Part shown: piece by piece, positions 41,484 to 51,645 of the stretch
Layout of the letters: every line of letters starts with the position of its first letter
Position numbering within the stretch: the stretch's first letter is position 1
NCBI GenBank assembly: GCA_009845995.1
Contig: VXYK01000004.1
Span: 9,705-73,704, forward strand
DNA: 64,000 nt
DNA from: Acidimicrobiaceae bacterium
Lineage (GTDB): Bacteria > Actinomycetota > Acidimicrobiia > Acidimicrobiales > Aldehydirespiratoraceae
Direction: 5' to 3'
Notes under the pieces: model-generated
Told to the model about the DNA's origin: nothing
Database searches by the model: none
Seen by the model: only the letters and a program-made list of their open reading frames with translations
Program-made: the position numbers and the translations under genes

Positions 41484-42875
41484 TCAACCCGGGCCGACCT
41501 CGGCGAGCTGCACGGCAGCGGCCAGCGTCGGTGCTCGCAAAATGGTCAGGCCTTCAGGGGGATCGCCGGTTGCGTGAGGAACAATGGCCCGGCGAAACCC
41601 CATGCGTGAAGCCTCCGCGAGCCGACGATTGGTATGGCTGACATGACGAAGTTCGCCGCCCAGGCCGACTTCGCCAATGACCACCAGATCTTCAGCCAGC
41701 GGACGGTCGGTGAGCGAAGAAGCAACAGCCAAAGCCAACGCAGCATCAGCACCAGGGTCGATCACCTTTGCTCCTCCGACCGCAAGCGCGTACACCTCGG
41801 CGCTCGAAAACGGCAACCCGACCCGCCTCTCCAGCACGGCCAACAGCATTGCCAAGCGGCCATGGTCCACACCGGACGCGCTGCGCCTCGGTGTCGCCAA
41901 CGAGGACGGGGCGACTAGTGCTTGCAACTCGACAAGCAGAGGGCGGTTCCCATCAACAGTCGGGACAACGGCTGATCCTGACACCTGAGCTACCCGGTCA
42001 GCCAAGAACAGCCCGCTCGGATCCTCAACCGGCGCCAACCCCGACCTGTCCATCTGCATCAGCCCGACTTCGCAAGTGGGTCCGAAGCGGTGCTTGGTGG
42101 CACGCAACAACCGAAGCTCATGATGACGTTCGCCTTCAAACTCAAGGACCGTGTCGACCACATGTTCGAGCACTCTCGGCCCGGCCAGAGTTCCCTCTTT
42201 GGTTACGTGGCCCACCAAGAAAAAGGCGATACCGCGACGCTTCGCCTCCTGCACCAGAACATGAGCGCATTCACGGACCTGTACAACCGAACCGGGAGCC
42301 GAAGTGTGCGCAGGACTCTGCAAGGTCTGTACCGAATCGATGATTACGAGATCGGGCTTGACCTCGTCAAGATGAGCTAGGACCTGGGGCAGAGATGTTG
42401 CGGCCACCAGCCACAATTCCGATTGGGCCACACCGAGACGATCCGCTCGCATCCGTATCTGGCCGATCGACTCTTCACCCGATACATAGAGCGCACGACG
42501 GTTCGCTCCCGTCGCCTGCGCTGCGAGTTGGAGCAGCAGAGTCGACTTTCCGATGCCAGGCTCACCACCAAGCAGGATCACCGACCCTGCAACCAGCCCG
42601 CCTCCAAGAACCCGGTCCAATTCCGCCAGACCAGTGGCTTGAACGGCCGCCGACTCATCGGTCACATCACTGATACGAAGCGCCACAGGCCCATCGAACG
42701 CACCCTCAGCCGCATGCCCGACCGAGGGAACCAAGGACAGAGAAGACGAGCAATCCCGTTGAACCAATTCCTCGCAAAGGGTGTTCCACTCGCCGCAGCT
42801 ATCGCAGCGGCCCGTCCAGCACGGTGACGACGCGCCGCATGCTGAACAGCGATGAACAGTCCTCGTCCGAGCCAT
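41484..42875 (-). CDS. radA: DNA repair protein RadA/Sms
   Basis: C4 zinc finger, GGEPGIGKSTLL, GHVTK, KHRFG, Lon-like C-terminus. Confidence 0.97.
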   Translation of the reverse strand: MARTRTVHRCSACGASSPCWTGRCDSCGEWNTLCEELVQRDCSSSLSLVPSVGHAAEGAFDGPVALRISDVTDESAAVQATGLAELDRVLGGGLVAGSVILLGGEPGIGKSTLLLQLAAQATGANRRALYVSGEESIGQIRMRADRLGVAQSELWLVAATSLPQVLAHLDEVKPDLVIIDSVQTLQSPAHTSAPGSVVQVRECAHVLVQEAKRRGIAFFLVGHVTKEGTLAGPRVLEHVVDTVLEFEGERHHELRLLRATKHRFGPTCEVGLMQMDRSGLAPVEDPSGLFLADRVAQVSGSAVVPTVDGNRPLLVELQALVAPSSLATPRRSASGVDHGRLAMLLAVLERRVGLPFSSAEVYALAVGGAKVIDPGADAALALAVASSLTDRPLAEDLVVIGEVGLGGELRHVSHTNRRLAEASRMGFRRAIVPHATGDPPEGLTILRAPTLAAAVQLAEVGPG

Positions 42876-42921
42876 AGGCGCACATTACGGAAGCCCTATG
42901 ACAGTGGGTCCTGCTGCCGTT

Positions 42922-44412
42922 TCAGGCCCCGCGGTTCTTGAGCAGGTCCTCGAATCCAAGAATCACAGTGTGATCAGTGTCTGGGATCGGATCGTTGCCC
43001 GACAGGAACAGCCCGGTCGCCATGCCCAGCTCCTCGGCAACATCCAAGTTGCCGGGGATGTTGCTCAGATAGAAGCAGTCAAAGAGGTCGACGGACATGG
43101 TTCTCCGCGTCGCCTCGAAAAGCGCTGGTTCGGGCAGCGTAGACCCGACGTCACCGCTGACCATCCACGACGAAATCGAATCATCGAGCGCCGCCATCCG
43201 ACGCAACCGGTCACCCCAGGCGCGTGGCTGATTGCCGATCACCGCAACCGGGAGCTCGCTGTTCTTCATTCGATCCAGGAACGGATGCAGGCCCGGAAGC
43301 AGCCTGAATGACGACAGATATCTCGTCTCAAGCTGATCGGAGACCAAGCTCAGATCAACCTCGCTCCAGAACTCCGACGGAGACATACGCCCCAACACCA
43401 GCAAACGATGCAGGTCCCGGACACGCTGAGGATCAATATCGGGTTGTTCATCCAGAATCAGCGGCAGCAACGCCCCTTCGAGCGGATCCGTAGGACGAAC
43501 CAGCACTCCATGAACATCGAGCACCAACAGGCGCAACATTCGACGGCGGGGGCGACTCGCCTCCTGTGCCCTGGTGGCCGCACGATGCTGGCGACGCCGT
43601 ATGTCCCGGCGCCGGCGACCCTTCGGTGTGCGCCACTTGGCCAACAAGAAGCGCACCAAGTAGGTACCGAGGAGCAGCACAAGGAGAACGCCCGCAGCCA
43701 GTGCGACCATGGTCCAAACCCGCACCAGGATGCTCTCCACGGCCGTATTCGCCTCGATCTCCACGGCGCGGTCGCCGTAGTTCATCGTCCAGATGATGGT
43801 CTCGTCGACAATCTCACCGTTGGCCGAACGCGGTGCCTCCGGCAGCCTCACCGTCACTGTCAAACCGAGTACATCTTCGAAGTCGCCATCAAAGTCGTTT
43901 TCGATCGAGTCCGCGCTTCGCCCGAGGGGAGGGAGTCCCAGCGGGAAGACGTCGCCAAGTTGTTCGATGTCGAACGTCGGGTTGATCGAACCGCTGAGTT
44001 CGTAGTCGGTTTTCGCCGGCCCCAGTCCGATGATGTCGAAGCTGTGTTCCTTGATGAGAGTGAACCCCTCGAAGACCACGTCCTCACCGGCGATCTCGGC
44101 CAACACACCACCGAGAGCGTCTGAGGACGGAAAACGCTTCGCGATCGTCACAGTCAACGAACCAGCACCGTCAACTGTGCGGCCGTGCACTGTCCATCCC
44201 GCTTCGCTGAGATCGTCCAGCTGCAACGCATTGGGAGCGTCGGGGATCAGAGAAACAGCTTCAGCGTCGGCGATCACCTCCACGGTCACCTCGCCAGAAC
44301 CGTCTTCGTCAACCCTGATGTCGACCGTGGTATCGACGCGGCAGGCGCTCAGGAGCAGAAGAGCCACCGCCACAAGCGCACTCTTTATCCAAGCCACGCG
44401 CAACCGCATCAT
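42922..44412 (-). CDS. Lipoprotein-like extracellular domain + TM helix + cytoplasmic HAD-like domain fusion
   Basis: Lipobox LLLSAC then RVDTTVDIRVDEDGSG; TM around residues 230-255; Arg-rich linker; LLVLDVHGVL, VAVIGN, SGDVGSTLPEPALF, FYLSNIPGNLDVAEELGM. Confidence 0.75.
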   Translation of the reverse strand: MMRLRVAWIKSALVAVALLLLSACRVDTTVDIRVDEDGSGEVTVEVIADAEAVSLIPDAPNALQLDDLSEAGWTVHGRTVDGAGSLTVTIAKRFPSSDALGGVLAEIAGEDVVFEGFTLIKEHSFDIIGLGPAKTDYELSGSINPTFDIEQLGDVFPLGLPPLGRSADSIENDFDGDFEDVLGLTVTVRLPEAPRSANGEIVDETIIWTMNYGDRAVEIEANTAVESILVRVWTMVALAAGVLLVLLLGTYLVRFLLAKWRTPKGRRRRDIRRRQHRAATRAQEASRPRRRMLRLLVLDVHGVLVRPTDPLEGALLPLILDEQPDIDPQRVRDLHRLLVLGRMSPSEFWSEVDLSLVSDQLETRYLSSFRLLPGLHPFLDRMKNSELPVAVIGNQPRAWGDRLRRMAALDDSISSWMVSGDVGSTLPEPALFEATRRTMSVDLFDCFYLSNIPGNLDVAEELGMATGLFLSGNDPIPDTDHTVILGFEDLLKNRGA

Positions 44413-44456
44413 CGTATGAACGCTAGACCGCTGAACACGTCACCGGGCGTTATCTG

Positions 44457-44478
44457 CCGCTCTAGTTCGCTGCGCTCC
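44457..44478 (-). repeat. Copy of the dispersed intergenic repeat just after the clpC stop
   Basis: Reverse complement GGAGCGCAGCGAACTAGAGCGG, 21/22 identical to 48212-48233. Confidence 0.8.
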
Positions 44479-44485
44479 ACACGCT

Positions 44486-47023
44486 CTAGAAGCTGTCAAC
44501 CGCTTCAGCGAGCTCAGGTTCAGGAGGAGTGAAACCCTCGATGGATCGGAACACGATCATCAACTCGTCACTCGCGGAGGGATCGGCTTCGACATCGACG
44601 ATGACAATTTCACCCGCCCGGAAATCCTTGTTCAGCAGCCTCTCCGACAACGGATCTTCCACTAGGCGTTGCAGTGCACGACGCAAGGGCCTCGCTCCCA
44701 GTGTCGGGTCGTAGCCCTCAGATGAGAGGTGGTCCTTGGCCGCGTCGGTCAACTCCAAGCCCATGCCCTGCCCGGCAAGTTGCTCGGCGGTGCGGGCCAC
44801 CATGAGATCAACAATCTCACGGACTTCGGGCTGGCTCAGTTCATGGAAGACGATCACATCGTCGATGCGGTTCAGGAACTCAGGCCGGAAGTGCGCCTTG
44901 AGGGCATCGGTGACCTTCTCCTTCATACGCTCGTACGTGACAGCCTCATCGACTTTGGTGAAGCCGAGGTTCGCTTTGCGTAGATCTTGGGTGCCCAGAT
45001 TGGAGGTCATGATCAGCACCGTGTTGCGGAAATCCACGGTACGACCCTGACTGTCGGTGAGACGACCCTCTTCAAGGATCTGCAGCAGAGTGTTGAAGAC
45101 ATCCGGATGGGCCTTTTCGACCTCGTCGAACAACACCACCGAGAAAGGCTTGCGGCGCACCTGCTCGGTGAGCTGACCGCCTTCGTCGTAGCCGATGAAG
45201 CCGGGCGGGGAGCCGATCAGACGGCTGACCGTGTGCTTGTCCATGTACTCCGACATGTCCAGGCTGATCAACGCGCTCTCATCGCCGAACAGGAACTCGG
45301 CGAGAGTCTTTGCCAATTCGGTCTTCCCGACACCGGACGGACCCAAGAAAACAAACGAACCGCTCGGCCGCTTCGGATCCTTCAAACCAGCTCGCGTACG
45401 GCGAATCGCCTGGGACACCGCGTGAACCGAGCTTTGTTGACCGACGACCCGCTTATGGAGTTCGTCCTCCATGCGCAGCAGTTTTTGGGTCTCTTCCTCA
45501 GTGAGTTTGTAGACGGGGATACCGGTCCACAGCGACAGCACCTCGGCGATGGCTTCTTCGTCGACTTCGTCGAAGAGGTCGACTCCGGATGCCTTCGCTT
45601 CGCCTTCCAACGAATCGCGACGGGCGAGCAGCTCTTTTTCCCGGTCTCGTAGACGACCTGCTTCTTCGAACTGCTGAGACTCGACCGCGAACTTCTTTTG
45701 TTGGACGACCTCGGAGATCTCGGCTTCGAGTTCTTTGTGCTCTGGAGGGGTCGACATCCGCTTGATGCGCAACCGCGAACCGGCCTCGTCGATCAGATCG
45801 ATCGCTTTGTCAGGCAGGAAGCGATCCGAAATGTAACGGTCTGCCAGGTTGGCGGCTGCCACGACAGCCTGATCGGTGATGGTCACGCGGTGATGCGTTT
45901 CGTAACGATCACGCAGCCCTTTCAAGATCTCGATGGTGTGGGGGATGGTGGGCTCATCGACCACGACCCTCTGAAAGCGCCGCTCGAGGGCTGCGTCCTT
46001 CTCGAAGTACTTGCGGTACTCGTCGAGGGTGGTGGCGCCGATGGTTTGGAGTTCGCCCCGAGCCAACATGGGTTTGAGTATCGATGCAGCGTCAATCGCG
46101 CCTTCGGCCGCACCCGCACCGACAAGGGTGTGGATCTCGTCGACGAAGAGAATGATGTCACCGCGGGTCCTGATCTCTTTGAGCACCTTCTTCAGGCGTT
46201 CCTCGAAATCACCGCGATAGCGCGACCCGGCGACCAATGCTCCCAGGTCGAGCGTGTACAGCTGCTTCTCGTGGAGGGTTTCGGGGACGTTGTCGTTGGC
46301 GATCGCCTGTGCGAGCCCTTCGACGATGGCGGTCTTGCCGACGCCGGGTTCTCCGACCAGCACCGGGTTGTTCTTGGTGCGGCGACTGAGGACTTGCATC
46401 ACCCTTTCGGTTTCGCGGGCGCGTCCGATCACTGGATCAAGACTCTTGTCTCGCGCCAACTGGGTGAGGTTGCGTCCGAACTGGTCGAGGACCAGCGATC
46501 CAGATGCGCTATCGCCGCCTGAACCGCCTGTCACCGCACCCGCTCTCTCACGAGAGGATCCCGACGACTGTTCTCCCGCGGGTCCGCCGTAACCGGAAAG
46601 GAGCTTGATGACCTGCTGGCGTACGCGACTGAGGTCGGCCCCCAGCTTGACGAGGACTTGCGCGGCCACACCTTCGCCTTCACGGATCAATCCCAAAAGA
46701 ATGTGCTCGGTGCCGATGTAGTTGTGGCCGAGTTGCAGCGCTTCACGGAGGCTGAGTTCGAGAACCTTTTTGGCCCGAGGAGTGAAAGGAATGTGGCCGC
46801 TCGGGGACGATCCACCCTGGCCGATGATCTCCTGCACCTGGTTGCGGACAGCTTCAAGACTGATGCCCAACGACTCGAGTGCTTTAGCCGCGACTCCCTC
46901 GCCCTCATGGATGAGTCCCAAAAGGATGTGTTCAGTACCGATGTAATTGTGGTTGAGCAGGCGCGCTTCTTCCTGAGCGAGTACCACCACACGTCGAGCC
47001 CTGTCGGTAAACCGCTCGAACAT
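44486..47023 (-). CDS. clpC: ATP-dependent Clp protease ATP-binding subunit ClpC1
   Basis: [32 protein letters not shown] coiled coil, [15 protein letters not shown]. Confidence 0.99.
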   Translation of the reverse strand: MFERFTDRARRVVVLAQEEARLLNHNYIGTEHILLGLIHEGEGVAAKALESLGISLEAVRNQVQEIIGQGGSSPSGHIPFTPRAKKVLELSLREALQLGHNYIGTEHILLGLIREGEGVAAQVLVKLGADLSRVRQQVIKLLSGYGGPAGEQSSGSSRERAGAVTGGSGGDSASGSLVLDQFGRNLTQLARDKSLDPVIGRARETERVMQVLSRRTKNNPVLVGEPGVGKTAIVEGLAQAIANDNVPETLHEKQLYTLDLGALVAGSRYRGDFEERLKKVLKEIRTRGDIILFVDEIHTLVGAGAAEGAIDAASILKPMLARGELQTIGATTLDEYRKYFEKDAALERRFQRVVVDEPTIPHTIEILKGLRDRYETHHRVTITDQAVVAAANLADRYISDRFLPDKAIDLIDEAGSRLRIKRMSTPPEHKELEAEISEVVQQKKFAVESQQFEEAGRLRDREKELLARRDSLEGEAKASGVDLFDEVDEEAIAEVLSLWTGIPVYKLTEEETQKLLRMEDELHKRVVGQQSSVHAVSQAIRRTRAGLKDPKRPSGSFVFLGPSGVGKTELAKTLAEFLFGDESALISLDMSEYMDKHTVSRLIGSPPGFIGYDEGGQLTEQVRRKPFSVVLFDEVEKAHPDVFNTLLQILEEGRLTDSQGRTVDFRNTVLIMTSNLGTQDLRKANLGFTKVDEAVTYERMKEKVTDALKAHFRPEFLNRIDDVIVFHELSQPEVREIVDLMVARTAEQLAGQGMGLELTDAAKDHLSSEGYDPTLGARPLRRALQRLVEDPLSERLLNKDFRAGEIVIVDVEADPSASDELMIVFRSIEGFTPPEPELAEAVDSF

Positions 47024-47151
47024 CGGGTTTTCCTTCCTAAATATCGGGCTTTACAAATCTAAGTGTATAGGCAGGCTTGTCGGTAAGACCATCGAATGCA
47101 CAACGACCCCGATTAGCGCCTAGGAGGAGATTGGGCAAGTAACCTCTGAGC

Positions 47152-48141
47152 GTGGCTGCGACTCCGCTTTCTCTGGTCCCCTCGATGCAGGACGATCTGC
47201 TTCGCGTGGAGACCGAACTGTTGCGGGTCGTTTCCGCCGAGGACGACTTTCTGACTGATGTCGCAAGCCACCTCATCAATGCTGGCGGGAAGCGAGTCAG
47301 GCCCGGCTTTTGCATCGCCGCCGCGGCGGTTCACGATGACGACAGCTCGGCAGCTTCGATCGACGTGATCCGCGGTGGTTGTGCGGTGGAGTTGGTGCAT
47401 ATCGGTTCGCTGTACCACGACGATGTGATGGACGGAGCGACTACTCGCCGTGGTGTCAAGAGCATCAACGCAGAGTGGGGAAATCTGCGAGCGATCCTCG
47501 CCGGCGACTATCTGCTCGGCCGTGCCTCGGAGTTGGCAGCCGCACTTGGCACCGAAGTAGCCGGGTTGCTGGCCACCACCATTACCGAACTCTGTACCGG
47601 CCAGATTCTCGAGTTGGAGTCCACCTACAACGCGGATCGCACGTTCGAGGCGTACCAACGGTCGATTTCGGGCAAGACGTCGTCTTTGTTGGCGACTGCT
47701 TGTCGAATCGGCGCAATCGTCGCTGATGTCCCCCGCCCGACGATCGACGCACTCACCGAGTTCGGACGCGCCTACGGAATGGCCTTTCAGATCGTCGACG
47801 ACATTCTGGACATCATCGCCACCGACGAGCAGCTCGGTAAACCCTCGGGCAACGACCTTCTCGAAGGGATCTACACACTGCCTGTGATCTATTCACTGCA
47901 GGATCCCGCTGTCGCCGGTGAGCTTCGCTCGCTGCTCCGACACGACATCACCATCGAGCAACGAGACCGGGCCCGCGAGCTGACACGCAGGGGCGGAGGG
48001 GTTGAGCTCGCTGTCAACATGGCAGAGACCTGGGCGAGCAAAGCCGACGCCGCTCTCTTCGACCTTCCCGACACGACAGGCGCCAAAGCCCTGCGGGCGG
48101 CCGGACACCACCTGATGGAACGCCTCAACGCCGTCCGCTAG
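47152..48141 (+). CDS. Polyprenyl diphosphate synthase (HepT/IspB type)
   Basis: GGKRVRP, LYHDDVMD...RRG, GKT, FQIVDDILD, GKPSGNDL.EG. Confidence 0.94.
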   Translation: MAATPLSLVPSMQDDLLRVETELLRVVSAEDDFLTDVASHLINAGGKRVRPGFCIAAAAVHDDDSSAASIDVIRGGCAVELVHIGSLYHDDVMDGATTRRGVKSINAEWGNLRAILAGDYLLGRASELAAALGTEVAGLLATTITELCTGQILELESTYNADRTFEAYQRSISGKTSSLLATACRIGAIVADVPRPTIDALTEFGRAYGMAFQIVDDILDIIATDEQLGKPSGNDLLEGIYTLPVIYSLQDPAVAGELRSLLRHDITIEQRDRARELTRRGGGVELAVNMAETWASKADAALFDLPDTTGAKALRAAGHHLMERLNAVR

Positions 48142-48291
48142 CCGCCCGTTGGCCCAGCGACCCGCCCGCGGCCTAAGCGGCCGGTGAGCGCAGCGAACAA
48201 GAGCGGGAGGCGGAGCGCAGCGAACAAGAGCGGAAAGCAAAGCGGGCGGCCGGACACCACCTGATGGAACGCCTCAACGCCGTCCGCTAGC
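48093..48291 (+). repeat. 50-bp exact duplication of the gene 3' end (48093-48142 and 48242-48291) flanking a 99-bp insert with two copies of the dispersed repeat
   Basis: gcgggcggccggacaccacctgatggaacgcctcaacgccgtccgctagc x2; internal gagcgcagcgaacaagagcgg at 48186-48206 and 48213-48233. Confidence 0.93.
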
Positions 48292-48311
48292 GCACCAAGG
48301 CCGTTCGATCG

Positions 48312-49106
48312 CTAGCGGGTGTTGCGTTGGTGGACGATCCTCAGGCCGTGAAGCGTGAGGAAGGGCTCGACGTTCTCTATCGTCCGGGCCACTGGCGCAA
48401 TCAGGTGGGCAAGACCACCGGTGGCGACCACGTTTATCTCACCCATCTCATCAGCAAAGCGATCAACCATGCCGTCGATCATGGCAGCGAAGCCGTACAC
48501 GGTTCCGGACTGAATGGACTCGACCGTTGACTTGCCGATCACGCTGCGCGGCTCAACGAGTTCGACCGCGCGCAGCGCCGCAGCTCTGCCGAACAGCGCA
48601 TCAAGGCTGATTTCGATCCCTGGGGCGATCGCCCCGCCGAGAAATTCACCGAACTCGGAGATGACATCAAAATTGTTGCCGGTCCCGAAATCAACCACGA
48701 TCGTGGGTCCACCGTAAAGATCGAAAGCCCCGATGGCATTGGCGATTCGGTCGGCGCCGACCTCTTTGGGGTTGTCATAGAGGATCGGGATTCCTGTCTT
48801 TATGCCTGGTTCTATAACGATGGGATCGAACGGCAGGTAGCGACCAACCATTTCACGCAGAACTGCGAGAATCCGCGGGACGCCGGAACAAATCGCCGTG
48901 CCGGTGAGATCTCGTTCGAGATCAACCCCTGAAGTGTTGAGCAACGAACGGATCAGTACTGAGTACTCATCGGACGTTCTCTCCGCATCAGTTGACAGTC
49001 GCCAGTGATCCACCAAGCCGACTGCGGCACCCTCACCGGAATCACTGTCGAGATCGTAGAGGCCCAGAACACTCTGGGTATTTCCGACGTCAATCGTTAG
49101 AAGCAC
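48312..49106 (-). CDS. coaX: Type III pantothenate kinase
   Basis: LTIDVGNT, EVGADRIAN, VVDFGT, GGAIAPG, ATGG, LTLHGL. Confidence 0.96.
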   Translation of the reverse strand: MLLTIDVGNTQSVLGLYDLDSDSGEGAAVGLVDHWRLSTDAERTSDEYSVLIRSLLNTSGVDLERDLTGTAICSGVPRILAVLREMVGRYLPFDPIVIEPGIKTGIPILYDNPKEVGADRIANAIGAFDLYGGPTIVVDFGTGNNFDVISEFGEFLGGAIAPGIEISLDALFGRAAALRAVELVEPRSVIGKSTVESIQSGTVYGFAAMIDGMVDRFADEMGEINVVATGGLAHLIAPVARTIENVEPFLTLHGLRIVHQRNTR

Positions 49107-49170
49107 ACAACAACGCTATCCGCGACCCCGGTCCTGTTCCTATGGACAGCGCCCCTACGGGCAGCGCCGA

Positions 49171-50016
49171 TCAGATCTCGGTGCCGTCGTTGTCGATGAG
49201 CCGCGCCTTTCCCAAACGAGCGGCCACGAGAAGTCGAACCTCACCGTGCAGAGGACCGTCGCTGACGAGTGAATCGGCTTGCACCGCGGCCGCATAATCG
49301 AGCGATGCAAGGCTGGCTGTGTTCACGACGGCTGCCATCGTCGCCTCCACAACCGCCGAATCAGTCTCCCCGTTGGCGATCGCATCCAGTCCAGCGTCAA
49401 GGGAAGCGCGCAGAACCGGGGCCTGGACCCTCTCTTGGGGGCTGAGGTAGACGTTGCGACTCGACATCGCCAACCCGTCAGGTTCCCTAACCGTCGGACA
49501 CGCCACCACGTCCACCGGCATGCTCAGATCGCTGACCATGCGTCTGACCACGCAAACCTGCTGCCAGTCCTTCGCTCCGAAATAGGCGCGGCACTGCCCG
49601 ACGATCGAAAACAATTTGGCAACGACGGTCGCCACGCCTGCGAAATGGTGAGGACGCGCCACGCCCTCCAGAGGGGCCGCGACCGATGGCACCTTGACGA
49701 CGGTGTCGATCGGGCTGGGGTACATCTCCTCAACGGAGGGAACGAACAGATAGTCGACTCCAAGGCCTGAGCACCCGGCGCTGTCAGCCGCAAGATCTCG
49801 GGGGTAGGAATCGAGGTCTTCGCCTTCGGCGAACTGCAACGGGTTCACGAAAATCGAGACGACCGTCACCGGATTGTGGGCCACGGCAGTCGCCACCAGC
49901 GACAGGTGACCGGCGTGCAAGTACCCCATCGTCGGCACAAAACCGATCCCGCGGCCGGTCCGACGCTCGGAGTCGAGCCTCTCTCTCAGGTCAGGAATTG
50001 TGGTGATTGTTTCCAT
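49171..50016 (-). CDS. panC: Pantoate-beta-alanine ligase
   Basis: VPTMGYLHAGH, FVNPLQF, RPHHFAGV, FGAKDWQQ, GLAMSSRN, RLIDN. Confidence 0.97.
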   Translation of the reverse strand: METITTIPDLRERLDSERRTGRGIGFVPTMGYLHAGHLSLVATAVAHNPVTVVSIFVNPLQFAEGEDLDSYPRDLAADSAGCSGLGVDYLFVPSVEEMYPSPIDTVVKVPSVAAPLEGVARPHHFAGVATVVAKLFSIVGQCRAYFGAKDWQQVCVVRRMVSDLSMPVDVVACPTVREPDGLAMSSRNVYLSPQERVQAPVLRASLDAGLDAIANGETDSAVVEATMAAVVNTASLASLDYAAAVQADSLVSDGPLHGEVRLLVAARLGKARLIDNDGTEI

Positions 50017-50056
50017 TGGACGTGCTTTGATCAAAAAGCAGCCTAAACGCAAGCAC

Positions 50057-50890
50057 TCAACCCACGGTCATCAGGGTGGTACCTGTCAGGACTGCGGTGA
50101 TGCCGACGATCTGCCACCAGCGGAGTCGGTCCTCGTCGAACAGCACCGCCAACGCGATGGTGACAACCGGGTACAGCGATCCGGCCACCGCTACCTCTCC
50201 GACGGGACCTCTCTGCAGTCCCGCAATCAACGCAGCTATTCCCCCACCGCCCATCACACCTCCGACGAAGCCGGCGAGTAGAAGTGAGCGCGGCAGTATC
50301 TGAGGTATTCTCATCGCCCTTGTAGCCACCAGCATTAGCACGGTAGCCACCATTCTCTGGCTGACAGCCGGCCACATGCCGCTTTCAAGGCTGGTCCAAG
50401 CCAGCAGCACTGCCGCAACTGCGAACGAGGTTCCGGCCAATACGGCGTAGGCGATACCGGCACGAAGGCGACCGCCGAGATCGGGGACGATAACCGCAGC
50501 CAACAGGCCGATGACCGCACAGGCGATTCCCAAAGCGACGATGCGGGACGGCCGTTCGCCGGTTGCGAGTCCGTATCCCAGAGGCCCCAATGCTGTGAAC
50601 GCGGCCACGATCGGCGAGGCGATAGCTGCCGACGATATGGCCATGCTGTGCCACATCGCCGAGAGGGCAAGAGCCATCAGCGCACCCGATGCAGCCCCCA
50701 GCACAAGAGCCTCATAACCGATCGCGCTCGGTACGAAGAACAGCAGCACAGCGGTGATCGCGAGCCCTCCGATGAAGGCCGTTCCCACCGAGGTCATGGC
50801 CTGGGAACGTCGAGTGCAATACCGGCCGAAGTAGTCCGAAACGCCGATCAACCCCGACGCTAGAGCTCCCAGTAGCACCGGCATAGGCAC
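50057..50890 (-). CDS. EamA/DMT family transporter
   Basis: About ten TM helices; SLYPVVTIALA..F.EDRLRWWQ. Confidence 0.85.
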   Translation of the reverse strand: MPMPVLLGALASGLIGVSDYFGRYCTRRSQAMTSVGTAFIGGLAITAVLLFFVPSAIGYEALVLGAASGALMALALSAMWHSMAISSAAIASPIVAAFTALGPLGYGLATGERPSRIVALGIACAVIGLLAAVIVPDLGGRLRAGIAYAVLAGTSFAVAAVLLAWTSLESGMWPAVSQRMVATVLMLVATRAMRIPQILPRSLLLAGFVGGVMGGGGIAALIAGLQRGPVGEVAVAGSLYPVVTIALAVLFDEDRLRWWQIVGITAVLTGTTLMTVG

Positions 50891-50937
50891 GCACGCTAGC
50901 GGGCCAAGTTGCGCGCCGTTACCCCCCGACCGTCGGG

Positions 50938-51645
50938 TCAGCTTTCGGCTAGGCGCTTTGCCTCGTTGACGAGCGTCTCGTAGACGGCGCGTTCGTCGGG
51001 GGGCAGGGCTTTGAGATGGCGAGCGATCGTTGCTTCGTCGCCGCGTGCTGCTGGACCCGTGAGTGCTGCCGCGGGGCCCAAACGCCGGACGTTGTCAACA
51101 GTGTCTCGGGCAAGATCGAGCATCACCTCAAGCGGTACGCCTGCGAGGTCGGCCACCCGTTCTGCTTGACCCAACAAAGCGACCAGATGGTTGGACGAAA
51201 TCACCGCCGCCGCGTGGTACAGCGGGCGTGCACTGTCGGTGATGGCGAATGAGCGCCCACCCAGTGCAGTGACCAGCGAGTCGACTTCAGCGTCACCGGC
51301 CACCGCGAACCAAGCACCGCGCAGCCGCTCAGTTCCCAGGTCTGCCGACGGCAGGGACACCAGAGGATGCATCGCTGCGCAGCGTGGGTGGCCCTTGAGA
51401 GCGTCAAGGCCCAAAGCACCAGACAGGTGAAGAACCAGAGTCGTCGGCGTCGGACGAACCGACTCGGCCACAGACGCGATTTCGTCGTCCGGAGTAGCGA
51501 TCACCAGCACATCGGTGCCCACCGAAGCGGTGCCGAGGTCATTGTCGCGACCCAGGTAACCCAATACTTCCCAGCCCACCGACGCGAGCGCGTTGCCCAA
51601 CGACTTACCGGCACGCCCACCACCGATGATACGGACCTTCTTCAT
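50938..51645 (-). CDS. Rossmann-like/DUF2520 oxidoreductase (PanG-type ketopantoate reductase candidate)
   Basis: IIGGGRAG, HLSGA, HPL, YHAAAVISSNH, LTGPAARGD; lies between folK and panC. Confidence 0.88.
   Translation of the reverse strand: MKKVRIIGGGRAGKSLGNALASVGWEVLGYLGRDNDLGTASVGTDVLVIATPDDEIASVAESVRPTPTTLVLHLSGALGLDALKGHPRCAAMHPLVSLPSADLGTERLRGAWFAVAGDAEVDSLVTALGGRSFAITDSARPLYHAAAVISSNHLVALLGQAERVADLAGVPLEVMLDLARDTVDNVRRLGPAAALTGPAARGDEATIARHLKALPPDERAVYETLVNEAKRLAES

Noticed and set aside
48093-48291. Possible CRISPR repeat-spacer-repeat
   Set aside because: The repeat is the coding 3' end of the adjacent gene, occurs only twice, and the 99-bp spacer is too long
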